Below are positions 42,651 to 54,023 of a DNA stretch of 64,000 bases, one piece after another. How positions within the stretch are numbered: the first letter of the stretch is position 1; every line of letters begins with the position of its first letter. Source of the DNA: the human T2T-CHM13v2.0 reference genome, Homo sapiens; NCBI RefSeq assembly GCF_009914755.1, contig NC_060926.1; one strand, written 5' to 3'. The position numbers were made by a program, and so were the translations under genes. The notes below the pieces were generated by a model. It did no database searches. It was not told the DNA's origin and saw only the letters and a list, made by a program, of their open reading frames with translations.

Positions 42651-45179
42651 AACAAGATTTACCTGCCCATAAAATTTTTGGAATAGTAAGTTCTCTATAT
42701 TTATATAGATACCTTTGAGGACTTTATAAGCCAAAGAAAATCTTGAGTTCAAAAATGAAATTAGATATTTAAACTGGATGTTTGAAAGTCTCTAATTTCT
42801 TGCAGAGTAAGAAATGACACTTGCTATTTCTTTGTCTGCCAGGATCACGTACAAATAATAATTTCTTTAAATATGTGAATTAATTGTGTTTATAATAGAG
42901 AAAAACTTGTGGTCACTGAATTATTTTATTTTACAGTTAAATCTTTTAGTGTAACTGTGTGTTTGAGAATGAATACTACACATTTTTTATAAGACAAAGT
43001 TGACTAATCCTTAGTGTATTACTTAGAATATGTCTTTTTATATAGGCCTCCATGTCTTTCCTCTCCAGTCTGAGGCACTTCATGGTGCATTTAAGCTTTG
43101 CTTTTTACTTTTGTTAACATATGATTTTGAAAGCTACTGACAAACTGATAGATGTTACAAGTGAGTTAAGAGGGCAGTGAGTTACTAAGATTACACTTTC
43201 AAGCCATCAAATAGAGACCATGTATTCAACTATAAATTCCTCTCTGATTACCCATAAAAACATTGTTTACAGACATATTTTATATTTAGACAATGTTATT
43301 TGTTTAATTTTCTAGTTGATTTAAATCCTATCTTCTTTCATGTAACACATTATAGTAATTAACATAATTAGCATATAAAAGTCCATAATACATTTTAGTT
43401 GAATTGAATTAAGAAACTCATGATATAGGACCACGAAATGAGGAATTGATCCAAGAGGTGAACAGTTGTCTTCTAATCCTGGATCTGTTTCTAATGAACA
43501 GTATATTGTCTAGTTTGGGTTTACTTTTTAAATTATTATTACTATTATGTAACTGGATTTGCCTTTAAAATATTTTTATGAACATAAGTCACATCTTTTA
43601 AATTTGAGAGCTTATGTTGTCTAATATTTTATTAAATGTTACCTATATTTTATTTTTTCTAGTTGAACTAGTGGAACTCTTAAGTGAAGCATTTTAAGAT
43701 ATCTAACTTAATTTTTATTTTCATAATTGCCATTTATTTACAAGCAGCATTCTCAAAATTTTCTAGGTCTACCAAATTTATTTTTCAAATGTATCCACCC
43801 TAGATGATTGGGGTAATTATTTTCACTATTATGATTTTGTTTGTTTGTTTCCAAAACCTCTCCTTTGTTCTTCATCTAAATTTCCTATTTATGATTCAGG
43901 TTTGTGATGTCCTCACTTATCAGCAGGAGTTACTGTGGTTTCTGTTCAACTTCTAACTACTGCTATCCTTCCTAGCTACCCTTTAGTTATGGGTATGTTC
44001 ACTGGGTTTTCCCCAGAGCACAAATTCCGTAATTAGCACCTGTTCTTTTATGAGTACATTTCATAACCTGCTCTTTCATCAATATATTTCATGACCATTT
44101 ATTACCTTTCCATATCTAGTCAAGTTCTTTGCAGGTATTCTGTTAATTCAAGAAAAGTTTCAACTATATTTTTTATTATTGTTACTCTATCTGCAGAAAC
44201 TCTGAAGAATTTCATGAATCAGATTTTCTTTATCATTCATTCAGTTATGAAATAAAGAAGTCTAGATCTCCTTCATCCTCCTGGATCTTGTAATGTTTTG
44301 AAAAGCATAAGGAATCTGGCTCTTCTTTAATCTCCAAACATATTTAAGATAGGTTATTTTTTGGCAGTACTCTGGTAATTATTTTTGTGTATGTTTAGTT
44401 TGGACTCTACTATTTCAAGATTGCTCTTGAGTAAGTCCTTTTTTTTTTTTTCATATGCTCACCAGATTTGTTCTTTGCTCTTTCTAAAGCTAACACCATC
44501 TCTTGAGCTATATTTTTTATGTTCCTTTGAAACATACTTTAGTGGCTTCTATTTGTTGTTAACATATTTGCATAGTTCCCATGCCAACCTGAATCTTCTT
44601 TCTGAGGCATTTTGAACATAGGCTTTCTTTACTGCATACACGCTTGCTTTATTAATATGTGGTTCTTTGCAATGTTAAAATCTTTTTCAAATTTTTATTC
44701 ACCTTGGTCTCAACTGTGCATGCTTAACTTCTCACATAATAAGTACTTGTTGTGCATCTTACTCAGTGGTTTATAAAATGTATCACAATCTGGGTTATCA
44801 ACACTTAGGACCATGAATACACTATGGTGATAGGAGTTAGAATTTGGTTAGATGTGCAGAGATGAAAAACGTAAACACACACTTATACTACTGGGATAAT
44901 CTTAATTTTTCCCTGGTAATATTTAAATACATGCGGGACAATTAATTTTCTTATTAAACTTTTAATGACAAATTAGTATTCATCTTTATATGGCACCAAA
45001 TATCAGAAAATGAAAACTTTCTATACTATTAATCCAACACTTGTGGCACATAAACCTAGTTTTAAAATATTTTGAAACATTCTCACACATTCGTTGCCAA
45101 AAGTGTTGATGAGAGTCCTAAAGGTAAGTAGAAACCCCTCTTTTTTGTTGTTGTTTGTTTGTTTTTTTCCCAGTATCAG

Positions 45180-45725
45180 TTATGACAAACCGATTTAAAA
45201 TCATTTATTGCCTACCCCTCCGTAAGCCACATAGCACTTGTTATTATGGCTATCCTCATTCGGACTCCTTGAAACTTTACAGGTGCGGTCACCCTTATAA
45301 TTGCTCATGGACTCACTTCATCTTTACTATTCTGCCTAGCAAATTCAAGCTAAGAAAGAATCTGTAGCCGAACCACATTACTTTCCCGAGGCCCTCGAAC
45401 ACTTCTCTTACTAATAGCCTCATGATGATTTTTAGCAAATCTTACTAACCTTGCCTTGCCCCCTACTATTAATCTAGTAGGGGAACTCTTTGTGACTATG
45501 GCCTCATTCTCCTGATCAAATATCAGTATTATGCTTATAGGACTTAATATGCTAATTACAGCCCTATACTGTATATGCTAATCACAACACAACAAGGGGC
45601 ACTTGTATATTATATTAACAGTATCAAACCTTCCTTTACAAGAGAAAATACATTAACACTTATACATCTAGAGCCTATCTTCCTATTATTCTTAAACCCT
45701 AAAATTATTTTGGGGTTTGCATGCT
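45180..45725 (+). pseudogene. MT-ND4: NUMT ND4 3' part
   Basis: QTDLKS.IAY.SVSHM, AHGLTSS.LFCLANS, NLALPPTINL.GEL in mt code; TAA at 45351 replaces Tyr. Confidence 0.93.
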
Positions 45726-45794
45726 GTAGCTATCATTTAACCAAAACGTTAGATTGTGGATCTAACAATAGAAGCCTGCAACTTCTTATCTATG
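45726..45794 (+). pseudogene. MT-TH: NUMT tRNA-His
   Basis: tttaaccaaaac.ttagattgtggatctaac; anticodon GTG; position after ND4. Confidence 0.9.
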
Positions 45795-45853
45795 GAGAAA
45801 GTATGTGAGAACTGCTAACTCATTCCTCCATGCCTAACAACATGGCTTTCTCA
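45795..45853 (+). pseudogene. MT-TS2: NUMT tRNA-Ser(AGY)
   Basis: gagaaag...gaactgctaactc...catggctttctca; anticodon GCT. Confidence 0.9.
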
Positions 45854-45928
45854 ACTTTTAAAGGATGAGAGTCATCAGTTGGTCTTAGGAACGAACCAAA
45901 AGCATTGGTGCAACTCCAAATAAAAGTA
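45854..45928 (+). pseudogene. MT-TL2: NUMT tRNA-Leu(CUN)
   Basis: acttttaaaggat...ttggtcttagg...ttggtgcaactccaaataaaagta; anticodon TAG; gaac duplicated. Confidence 0.9.
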
Positions 45929-47736
45929 ACAAACATGTATTCTTCCACTGTTATAACAACCCTAATCCCCTTAATCTTACCAATTACTATTACCTTAACC
46001 AACCTCTGCAAAAAAAGGTTCATACCCAAATTACATAAAAACATCTATCACATGTGCCTTCATTATCCTCATCCCTACAACGTTTATATGCGCAGACCAA
46101 GAAGTCATTATAGCAAACTGACATTGAATGATGATCCAGATTCTCAAACTCTCACTAACCTTCAAACCAGGCTATTTTTCTGCAATATTTATCCCCGTAG
46201 CACTATTCATTACCTGATCTATTGTAAAATTCTCAATATGATATATAAACTCAGACCCTAACATTAATCCATTTTTCAAATATTTACTTATTTTCCTCAT
46301 CATAATATTAATTCTGGTTCCCGCCAACAACCTCTTTCAACTCTTTATCGGATGAGAAGGTGTAGGAATTACGTCTTTCTTACTAATCGGCTGATGGTAA
46401 GGGTGAGCAGATGCTAATACAGCAGCCCTCCAAGTGGTTCTGTACAACTGCATCGGTGATATTGGCTTTATTTTAGCTATAGCATGGTTCCTCCTGTCCT
46501 CCAACACATGAGAATTTCAGCAAACATTTATTCTAGATCCTACCCCCAACTCTCTTCCATTAATTAACCTTCTCTTAGCAGCAACAGGAAAGTCAGCTCA
46601 ATTCGGCCTCCATACCTGACTTCCATCCACCATAGAAGGTCCAACCCCAGTCTCAGCCCTACTCCACTCCAGCACTATCGTTATAGCAGGAGTTTTCCTG
46701 CTCATCTACTTCTACCCTTTAATAGAAAATAATTTATCAATCCAAACCTTTACATTATGTCTGAGGGCTGTTACTACCTTATTCACAGCAACCTGTGCTC
46801 TAACACAAAATGACATTAAAAAAAATCATAGCATTCTCCACCTCAAGCCAGCTAGCCCTTATAATAGTCACAATTGGCATTAATCAACCACATCTAGCCT
46901 TCCTTCACATTTGCACCCATGCCTTTTTTAAAGCTTTATTATTTATATGTTCAGGGCTCATCATCCATAGACTCAATGTTGAATAACACATCCGAAAAAC
47001 AGGAGGGCTATTCAAGACTTTACCCCTCACTTCCTCCTCCCTTATTATCAGCAGTCTTGCACTTACAAGTATGCCTTTCTTCACAGGCTTTTACTCTAAA
47101 GACCTCATCATTGAAACTACAAACATGTCATACACCAATACCTGTGCCCTTTTTGTTACTCTTATTGCCACCTCCTTGACAGCTGTCTATAGTACCCATA
47201 TTATTTTCTTCACTCTAACAGGACAACCTCGCTTCACAACTCTGATTACTATTAACGAAAATAACCCCTTCCTAATCAACTCAGTTAAGCACCTAATAAT
47301 AGGCAGCATCTTTGCCAGATTCCTCATCATCAACAGTATCATTCCTGCTTCATTCCCCCAAACAAACATGCCACTCCACCTGAAACTCACAGCCCTAGGT
47401 GTGACCATTTTAGGCTTCTCGCTAGCGATGGAGCTTAATTTTATAACTAATGACCTTAAACTAAAATACCCATTACAGACATTCAACTTTTCCAATATAC
47501 TAGGAATTTATTCAGCCACAATTCACCATACAACCTCCCACTCAGACCTATTCATAAGCCAAAATCTGGCCTCACTTCTACTAAACCTAATTTGACTAGA
47601 AGAGTCTATACCAAAGACCATTACACAAACCCAAATTTCAGGCTCCATTACCGTATTTACTAAAAAAGGACTAATTAAACTGTACTTTCTCTCCTTTTTT
47701 ATTCCATCATTTATAACACTACTCCTAATTATCTAA
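45929..47736 (+). pseudogene. MT-ND5: NUMT ND5 (full span, disrupted)
   Basis: [64 protein letters not shown]; TAA at 46398 and frameshifts. Confidence 0.95.
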
Positions 47737-48260
47737 TCTATTACCCTGAGTAATTTCAATCACAACATAAATACTAACAAATAGTGATCAACCAGCAACT
47801 ACCATTAATCAACACCCATAAGTGTACAAGGCAGCCACACCCACAGAATCTTCATGCAACAACCCCGCCTCCTCGCCCTCAAAAATCATCCAAAATTTCT
47901 CACTATTGAAATCAATCACAATCCCCACTCCATCTGCTCAGCTATTCACCAAACCAGCATCAACTCCATTAATAGTCCTAATGATAAAGCCCTTCAGATG
48001 TCAATACTTAACCCTCATGTTTCAGGATACTCTTCAGTCGCCATTGCCATAGTATAGTCAAAAACAACCACCATGCCACCCAAATAAATAAAAAAGGCTA
48101 TCAACCCCACAAAAGCCCCAGCAAAATTCAACACAATACCACAACTCACAGCACCACTAATAATTAGCCCTAGACCTCCGTAAATAGGAGAAGGTCTCGA
48201 AGAGAAACCTACAAACCCTATAACCAAAAGGACACTTAATAAAAATATGGTATATGCCAT
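47737..48260 (-). pseudogene. MT-ND6: NUMT ND6
   Basis: ORF 48015-48308 contains [19 protein letters not shown]...[22 protein letters not shown]. Confidence 0.94.
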
Positions 48261-48328
48261 TATTCCCACATGGACTGTAGCCATAATTAATGAATGAAAA
48301 ATAATCATTGTATTTCAACTATAAGAAT
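48261..48328 (-). pseudogene. MT-TE: NUMT tRNA-Glu
   Basis: tattcccacatggact...atgaaaaa..atcattgtatttcaactataagaa between ND6 and CYTB. Confidence 0.88.
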
Positions 48329-48332
48329 GCTA

Positions 48333-49472
48333 ATGACCAATACTCACAAAACACACCCGCTAATAAAAATTATTAATTACTCATTCATTGATTTTCCCAC
48401 ACCATCTAACATTTCTACATGATGAAACTTTGTTTCACTTCTTGATGCCTACCTAACCCTCCAGATCATTACAGGACTATTTTTGGCCATGCACTACACA
48501 TCAGACACCTCAACCGCCTTCTCTTCAGTCGCTCACATCTGCTGAGATGAAAACTACGGCTGAATGATCTGCTATTTTCATGCTAATGGCACTTCAATAT
48601 TTTTCATCTGCCTCTTACTCCATGTTGGCTGGAGCTTATACTATATATCATTTACATTTCTAGAAACCTGTAATATCAGCATTATCCTCTTACTCACAAC
48701 TATGGCAACAGCATTCATAGGCTACCTGCTCCCATGAGGCCAGATATCATTCTGAGGTGCCACAGTAATTACAAATCTACTATCGGCCATCCCATGTATC
48801 GGAACTGACTTTGTGCAATGAATCTGAGGTGCATTCTCAGTTGACAAAGCTACCCTTACACGATTTTTCACTTTCCATTTTCTCTTACTCTTCATCATTA
48901 CAGCTCTAGCAGCTGTTCACCTTTCATGCCTTCGTGAAACAGGATCTAATAACCCTTCCGGGGTTTCATCCAACTCCAACAAAATTACCATCCACCCCTA
49001 GCATACAACCAAAGATATTTTAGGTTTAATTATTCTCCTCCTCCTTCTAATAACTCTAGTACTGTTTTCGCCTGACCTCCTGGGCGACCGAGATAACTAT
49101 GCTTTAGCCAATCCTCTAAACACCTCACTCCACATTAAGCCAGAGTGGTACTTTTTGTTTGCCTACACAATCATATGCTCCATCCCTAATAAACTAGGAG
49201 ACATACTGGCCCTTGTATGCTCCATTCTCATTCTAGCAGTTATTCCTGTACTTTACGTGTCTAAACAGCAAAGTGTAATATTCTGACCGTTGAGTCAACA
49301 TCTATTCTGAATTTTAGTGGCTGACCTATTTACACTCACATGAGTTGGAGGGCAGCCAGTCAAATACCCTTTTATTGCCATCAGGTAGACAGCATCTATT
49401 ATGTACTTTTCTACCATCCTCACTCTTATACCACTCACTGGCCTAATTGAAAATAAACTACTTAAATGAAGA
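48333..49472 (+). pseudogene. MT-CYB: NUMT cytochrome b (1140 bp, disrupted by stops)
   Basis: ATG at 48333; [30 protein letters not shown] at codon 270; in-frame TAG at 48999 and AGG TAG at 49383; ends AAA TGA AGA. Confidence 0.96.
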
Positions 49473-49473
49473 T

Positions 49474-49540
49474 GCCCTTGTAGTATAATTCAATACTCTG
49501 GTCTTGTAAACCAGAAATGGAGGATCTCCTCCCCAGGACA
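49474..49540 (+). pseudogene. MT-TT: NUMT tRNA-Thr
   Basis: gcccttgtagtataa...ggtcttgtaaaccagaaatggag; anticodon TGT. Confidence 0.9.
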
Positions 49541-49542
49541 GC

Positions 49543-49604
49543 TCAGGGAAAAAGTATCCCACTTCACCGTCAACACCCAAAGCTGAAATTCTAATTATTC
49601 CCTA
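49543..49604 (-). pseudogene. MT-TP: NUMT tRNA-Pro with a small deletion
   Basis: tcagggaaaaag...cacccaaagctgaaattctaatt.attccct. Confidence 0.85.
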
Positions 49605-50382
49605 AATTCTTTCTCAGCATATAATTTGACTACCATGTCAGTATTAATCAACTAGCACTATTATAATAGTGCTTTTATGTACTTCGTGCATTACTGCTAG
49701 TCCCCATGACTAATATATAGTACTATAATTGCTTGTTCATACATAGTACATCCATACACAACAATACATTAAAAACCTAGCCCATATGCATATAAGCACA
49801 TATTAGTGATTTCTTAATCAACTATCACACATCATCATTATTGGTTGTACAATAAGACCTGCCCCACATGAATATTGACCAGTACTATAAATCCTTACTC
49901 TTACATAGTACATATGTTCATTCATCTGGTATAGCACATTTCAGTTAAGACATCCCTCCTCATTACGGATATCCTCTACAATTTTTGGTCTCTTAAGCTA
50001 CAAACCTCCAAGAAGTCATCACCCCACTTGGGAGTGCTACCCTCCTCGCTCCGGGCCCATGAAACTTGGGGGTGACTATGCTGAAACTATACCTGGCATC
50101 TGGTTCTTACTTCAGGGCCATAAAATTAACACCACCTACACGTTCCCCGTAAACAAGACATCTCGAGGGACTGATGCCTACCACCCCGTTAACCAGTCAT
50201 GGGAGCACTGTCATGCATTTGTTATTTTTTAACTTTGGGGGAGCTGTGACTCAGCATGGGGGAAGCCTGATGCCTGCCAAATCCATTGTAACTGAACTTA
50301 CATTGAATATTCCGGACTCACATAACAACCATAAGGTTTTAATTAATTCATGCTTGAAGGACATAACAATTAATCAACAAGA

Positions 50383-50468
50383 ACTCACACACGCACATAC
50401 ACTCATGCCTGTACGTACACTCATGCACGCACGTACACTCAGGCACGCACGTACACTCAGGCACGCAT
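50383..50468 (+). repeat. 18-bp tandem repeat x~4.8 (ACTCANGCACGCACGTAC) between CSB1 and CSB2
   Basis: Units start at 50383, 50401, 50419, 50437, 50455. Confidence 0.92.
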
Positions 50469-50898
50469 GCTCAATTTCAAGAACTATTTCTGATTAAATC
50501 TACAAGCCTCCCCCCAACCTGATCTCTGACTTTATCATCAACCTAGGTAAATACACCCTTGCCAAACCCCAAAAACAAGAGACTAAAATGCAACCCAGTC
50601 AGATCCCAGATATCATATTTTAGCCACGAACACCCCAACATCTACCCCTCACTTCATGTAATTTTCTGAAAAAAACTTAAGGCCCTTCTACCAAATAAAT
50701 CCTCCATTAGCTATAATAACTGTATTAACTAAACTTTTGCCCGAATACTAATATAATAGCTTGAGCATAACCCTCTGAAGGTGCTGCCCCAATATACCAT
50801 ACCTCTAAGTCAACCATACTCTAATTATGAATAACCCTCTCAGCCAAACCTCTGCTAATTCAACTTTAAAGATCTTGAATTTCCAGAACTGTAAACAA

Positions 50899-51042
50899 TT
50901 TTCTTTCTTCCTTTCTCTCTTTCTTTCTTTCTCTTTCTTTTTTCTTTCTTTCTTTTTTTCTCTTTCTCTCTCTCTCTCTCCCTTCCTTCCTCCCTTCCTC
51001 CCTCTCTCCCTCTCTCTCTCTCTTTCTTCTTTTTTCTTTCTC
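50899..51042. repeat. Polypyrimidine (TTTC/CT/CCTT)n microsatellite inside the NUMT control region
   Basis: About 140 bp of C/T only. Confidence 0.95.
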
Positions 51043-51075
51043 ATATTTTAATTTTCCACTTAAGTATTCTATGCA

Positions 51076-51146
51076 GTTAATTTAGCTTAACCATTCAAAG
51101 CAAGACACTGAAAATGTCTAGATGGGTCCACACAACCCCATAAACA
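51076..51146 (+). pseudogene. MT-TF: NUMT tRNA-Phe
   Basis: gttaat.tagcttaa...aaagcaagacactgaaaatgtctagatg...ccccataaaca; anticodon GAA. Confidence 0.92.
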
Positions 51147-51217
51147 GATAGGCTTGGTCCTGGCCTTTTTATTACCTCTTATTAAGATTACACATGGAAG
51201 CATCCCCACCTCAGTGA
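51147..51217 (+). pseudogene. MT-RNR1: NUMT 12S rRNA 5' fragment
   Basis: ataggcttggtcctggccttt...aagattacacatg.aagcatcccca.ctcagtga. Confidence 0.9.
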
Positions 51218-51841
51218 TATCAATATGATGCAGCAACCATAGATCAAGGAGCCTTAATGTCAGTATGTGATGCTTTAATCCTGAAAAGCTGTCCCTATGT
51301 TTAATCTTATAGCAAATTTTGTTGAAAATTTAAGATAACCTAATCATTTGTTACTTTGAATCATTATCTATTCAACTGAATCCTTAAATAGAGACTATAT
51401 GAGTACCTAGCTAGAGTATCATCTTCAATATCTGCTGCATACTAGAGAACACAGCTTAAGACACATATTGAAATGGGGCATTCTACTATTCTGTCCATTC
51501 TTCCCAAATTACTAGACTAGTATTAGAGCCTGCCTGTGCAAAGAGACCCCAACTGCTATATGAAACATTACATACTATTTCATAATCCCATCTGCAATCA
51601 AAGAGTTGAGGAAAATAATAGATAATCAAATAACACCTAAAAGGTAAATACAAAGCAAGGAATCACTCATTGTTCCTGAAGAAAATTGTAAATTTTTGGA
51701 CTGAAAAATTGAGATCTTTGGCAACATAAATTGTAAATTGTCTGTTTAAGCTACTACTAGCTCTCAAAATTCTTTTGCTGTTATTTTGAGAAAGCAATGT
51801 TTCTTTTTTCTCCATATAAAGATTTAAGTATCAAATTATAG

Positions 51842-52208
<367 letters not shown>

Positions 52209-52595
52209 TTATGTGTTTTTTAACTATTATTTTTGAAGTATACTTAGAAGATGAGAAGATACAGAAAGAAATGATGGAAGATCGTACTAACATAGTCTCC
52301 ATTTTCTAACCATAGAAGAGATTATAAAGGGCAATGGGCAGAGTTTTGATAGCCTAAAGAGCAATTATATTATTTTATTTATTATGTGGTGTTACATAAC
52401 ATAGAATTAAAGTGGGCTGTTGTGTTCTGAAGTTGTTGTCAGGAGTTATTGGGCATAAACACATTCCTTAAAGTGGTGTTGTGATTTTCACTGAAGGAAT
52501 TTTTATCTTAGATCATAGTTACCATCATTGTGGAAAGGTTGATGAACAGTCCAAAAATAATGACAGATGAAGTAGGGCTTAAATTAAAAGGAAAA

Positions 52596-52912
52596 AGCTA
52601 CTTGCAGTGGCTTATGTCTGTAATCCGAGGACTCTGGGAGGCCCAGGCAGGAGGATTGCTTGAGGCCCAGTGTTCAAGACCAGCCTGGGCAATGAAGTAA
52701 GTACCTGTCTCTACAAAAAGTTAAAGAAAAAGATTAAAGAAAAAGAAAATTAGGTGTGGTGGCAAACATCCGTAGTCCCAGCTACTAAGAAGGCTGAGGC
52801 AAGAGGATCACTTGAGCCCAGGATTTTGAGGTTACAGTGAATTGTGACTGTACCATTGCGCTCCAGTCTGGGTGACCTAGTGAGATCTGTCTTAAAAAAA
52901 AATGATAATAAC
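52596..52912 (+). mobile_element. Full-length AluJ-like element
   Basis: ggaggattgcttgaggccc, ggatcacttgagcccagga; strongly diverged; A tail. Confidence 0.9.
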
Positions 52913-53990
52913 ATAAAAGAAAGGTAAAACTTTTCTCCAAAGTCTCACTTCCCATATGGAATCCAAGGTATGTGAAGGTACTGATACATTATTTTTCAAT
53001 AGGAGAGGGCACCTCTGCAACATAGGGGACATTATTAGAATAAAGAGACCAAAATTAAGTTAAAACTGACCTTTTGAGAAGTGAAATAGCCACATATTTA
53101 TTTGTTGTATTTCCATGCTTGCTATAGAAAGTATCAATTTGTTCTTTGGAGTCACTGCAGTGATTGAAGGGAAAGATATGTGACTGTGTTTGGAAAAACG
53201 AAGTAAATTAAAAAAAAAATCAGAAATCATTAGGATTTTGTCAGATGTTTAAACTCCCCAAGGAGTATCTATATAATAATCCCAAAAATTGCAGGAGAAG
53301 GAGAAAAAAAAAACTCAACGCCTTGTATACAGCAGCAAAGAGTTCAGTGGCCATTGAAATTCAGTTTATTTATGGCAATGTACTTTTTCAGCTTGATGAA
53401 ATGGGGTCTTATATCATATAAAATTTTGAGAGGACTAAATAATGTCATATAATCTATTTTTTATAAAAAGTAAATTTAATCACAAATGAAAATATGTTTG
53501 CAGCCCAAAATCTTGCAATAAAAAGATCTGTAAAAAGATTAAAATTAACCAGAAATTTTATAGGAAGGGGTTAGCAAATTTGTTTTTCACCAGTCTACAT
53601 CTACAAAATGAGAAAAGGTGCCTTAGATTTAGAATAAACCTTCATTTTTGCTGATAAATGCCATTGTCCAGAGAATAATTCTGTGTTTGCCTCTTTGACT
53701 GTAATAGGTCCTACAGTTTCTTTTTCATTTTGTGTGTAACTACCCTTATCCATCCACATTCCCTGTGAAGCTTGGCTTCTGGATGCCTACCACTGGGACA
53801 GGCTCTTCTGGTCATCTGATAGGTTTTTAGTCCCTTCTAATACTTCTGCTTTCCTCACTTTTTTCCTTGGCAATCCTTAATGCTTGTGACATTTCAATTG
53901 ATTGATGTCAGTTAGAAAAATAGAAGCAGGGCAGAACCCTTCTTCTGAAGATAACTCAGTCGTTCATTTTAGTTTAATATTTATACCCTG

Positions 53991-54023
53991 CTCTCTCTCT
54001 CTCTCTCTCATACACACACACAC
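53991..54023. repeat. (CT)n(CA)n microsatellite
   Basis: Directly visible. Confidence 0.9.

Larger units (their letters stand above)
49605..51075 (+). other. NUMT mitochondrial control region (D-loop) fossil
   Basis: TAS-like tacat motifs; central domain ctcctcgctccgggcccat...catctggttcttacttcaggg; CSB1 ~50340-50366; CSB2 ~50502-50520; CSB3 tgccaaaccccaaaaac 50560-50576. Confidence 0.92.
45180..51217 (+). other. Ancient NUMT (~6 kb nuclear insertion of mtDNA), ND4 through the control region to the start of 12S
   Basis: Colinear vertebrate mt gene order ND4-H-S-L-ND5-ND6-E-CYTB-T-P-CR-F-12S within nuclear Alu/L1 context; in-frame stops even under the mitochondrial code. Confidence 0.98.

Noticed and set aside
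50383-50468. CRISPR-like array
   Set aside because: Head-to-tail repeats with no unique spacers, no cas genes, eukaryotic context.
50805-51051. K/E/R-rich and F/L/S-rich ORFs
   Set aside because: Translations of the pyrimidine microsatellite.
45180-51217. Genuine mitochondrial genome or contaminant contig
   Set aside because: In-frame stops and frameshifts under the mt code, an internal microsatellite and continuous nuclear flanks indicate a NUMT.
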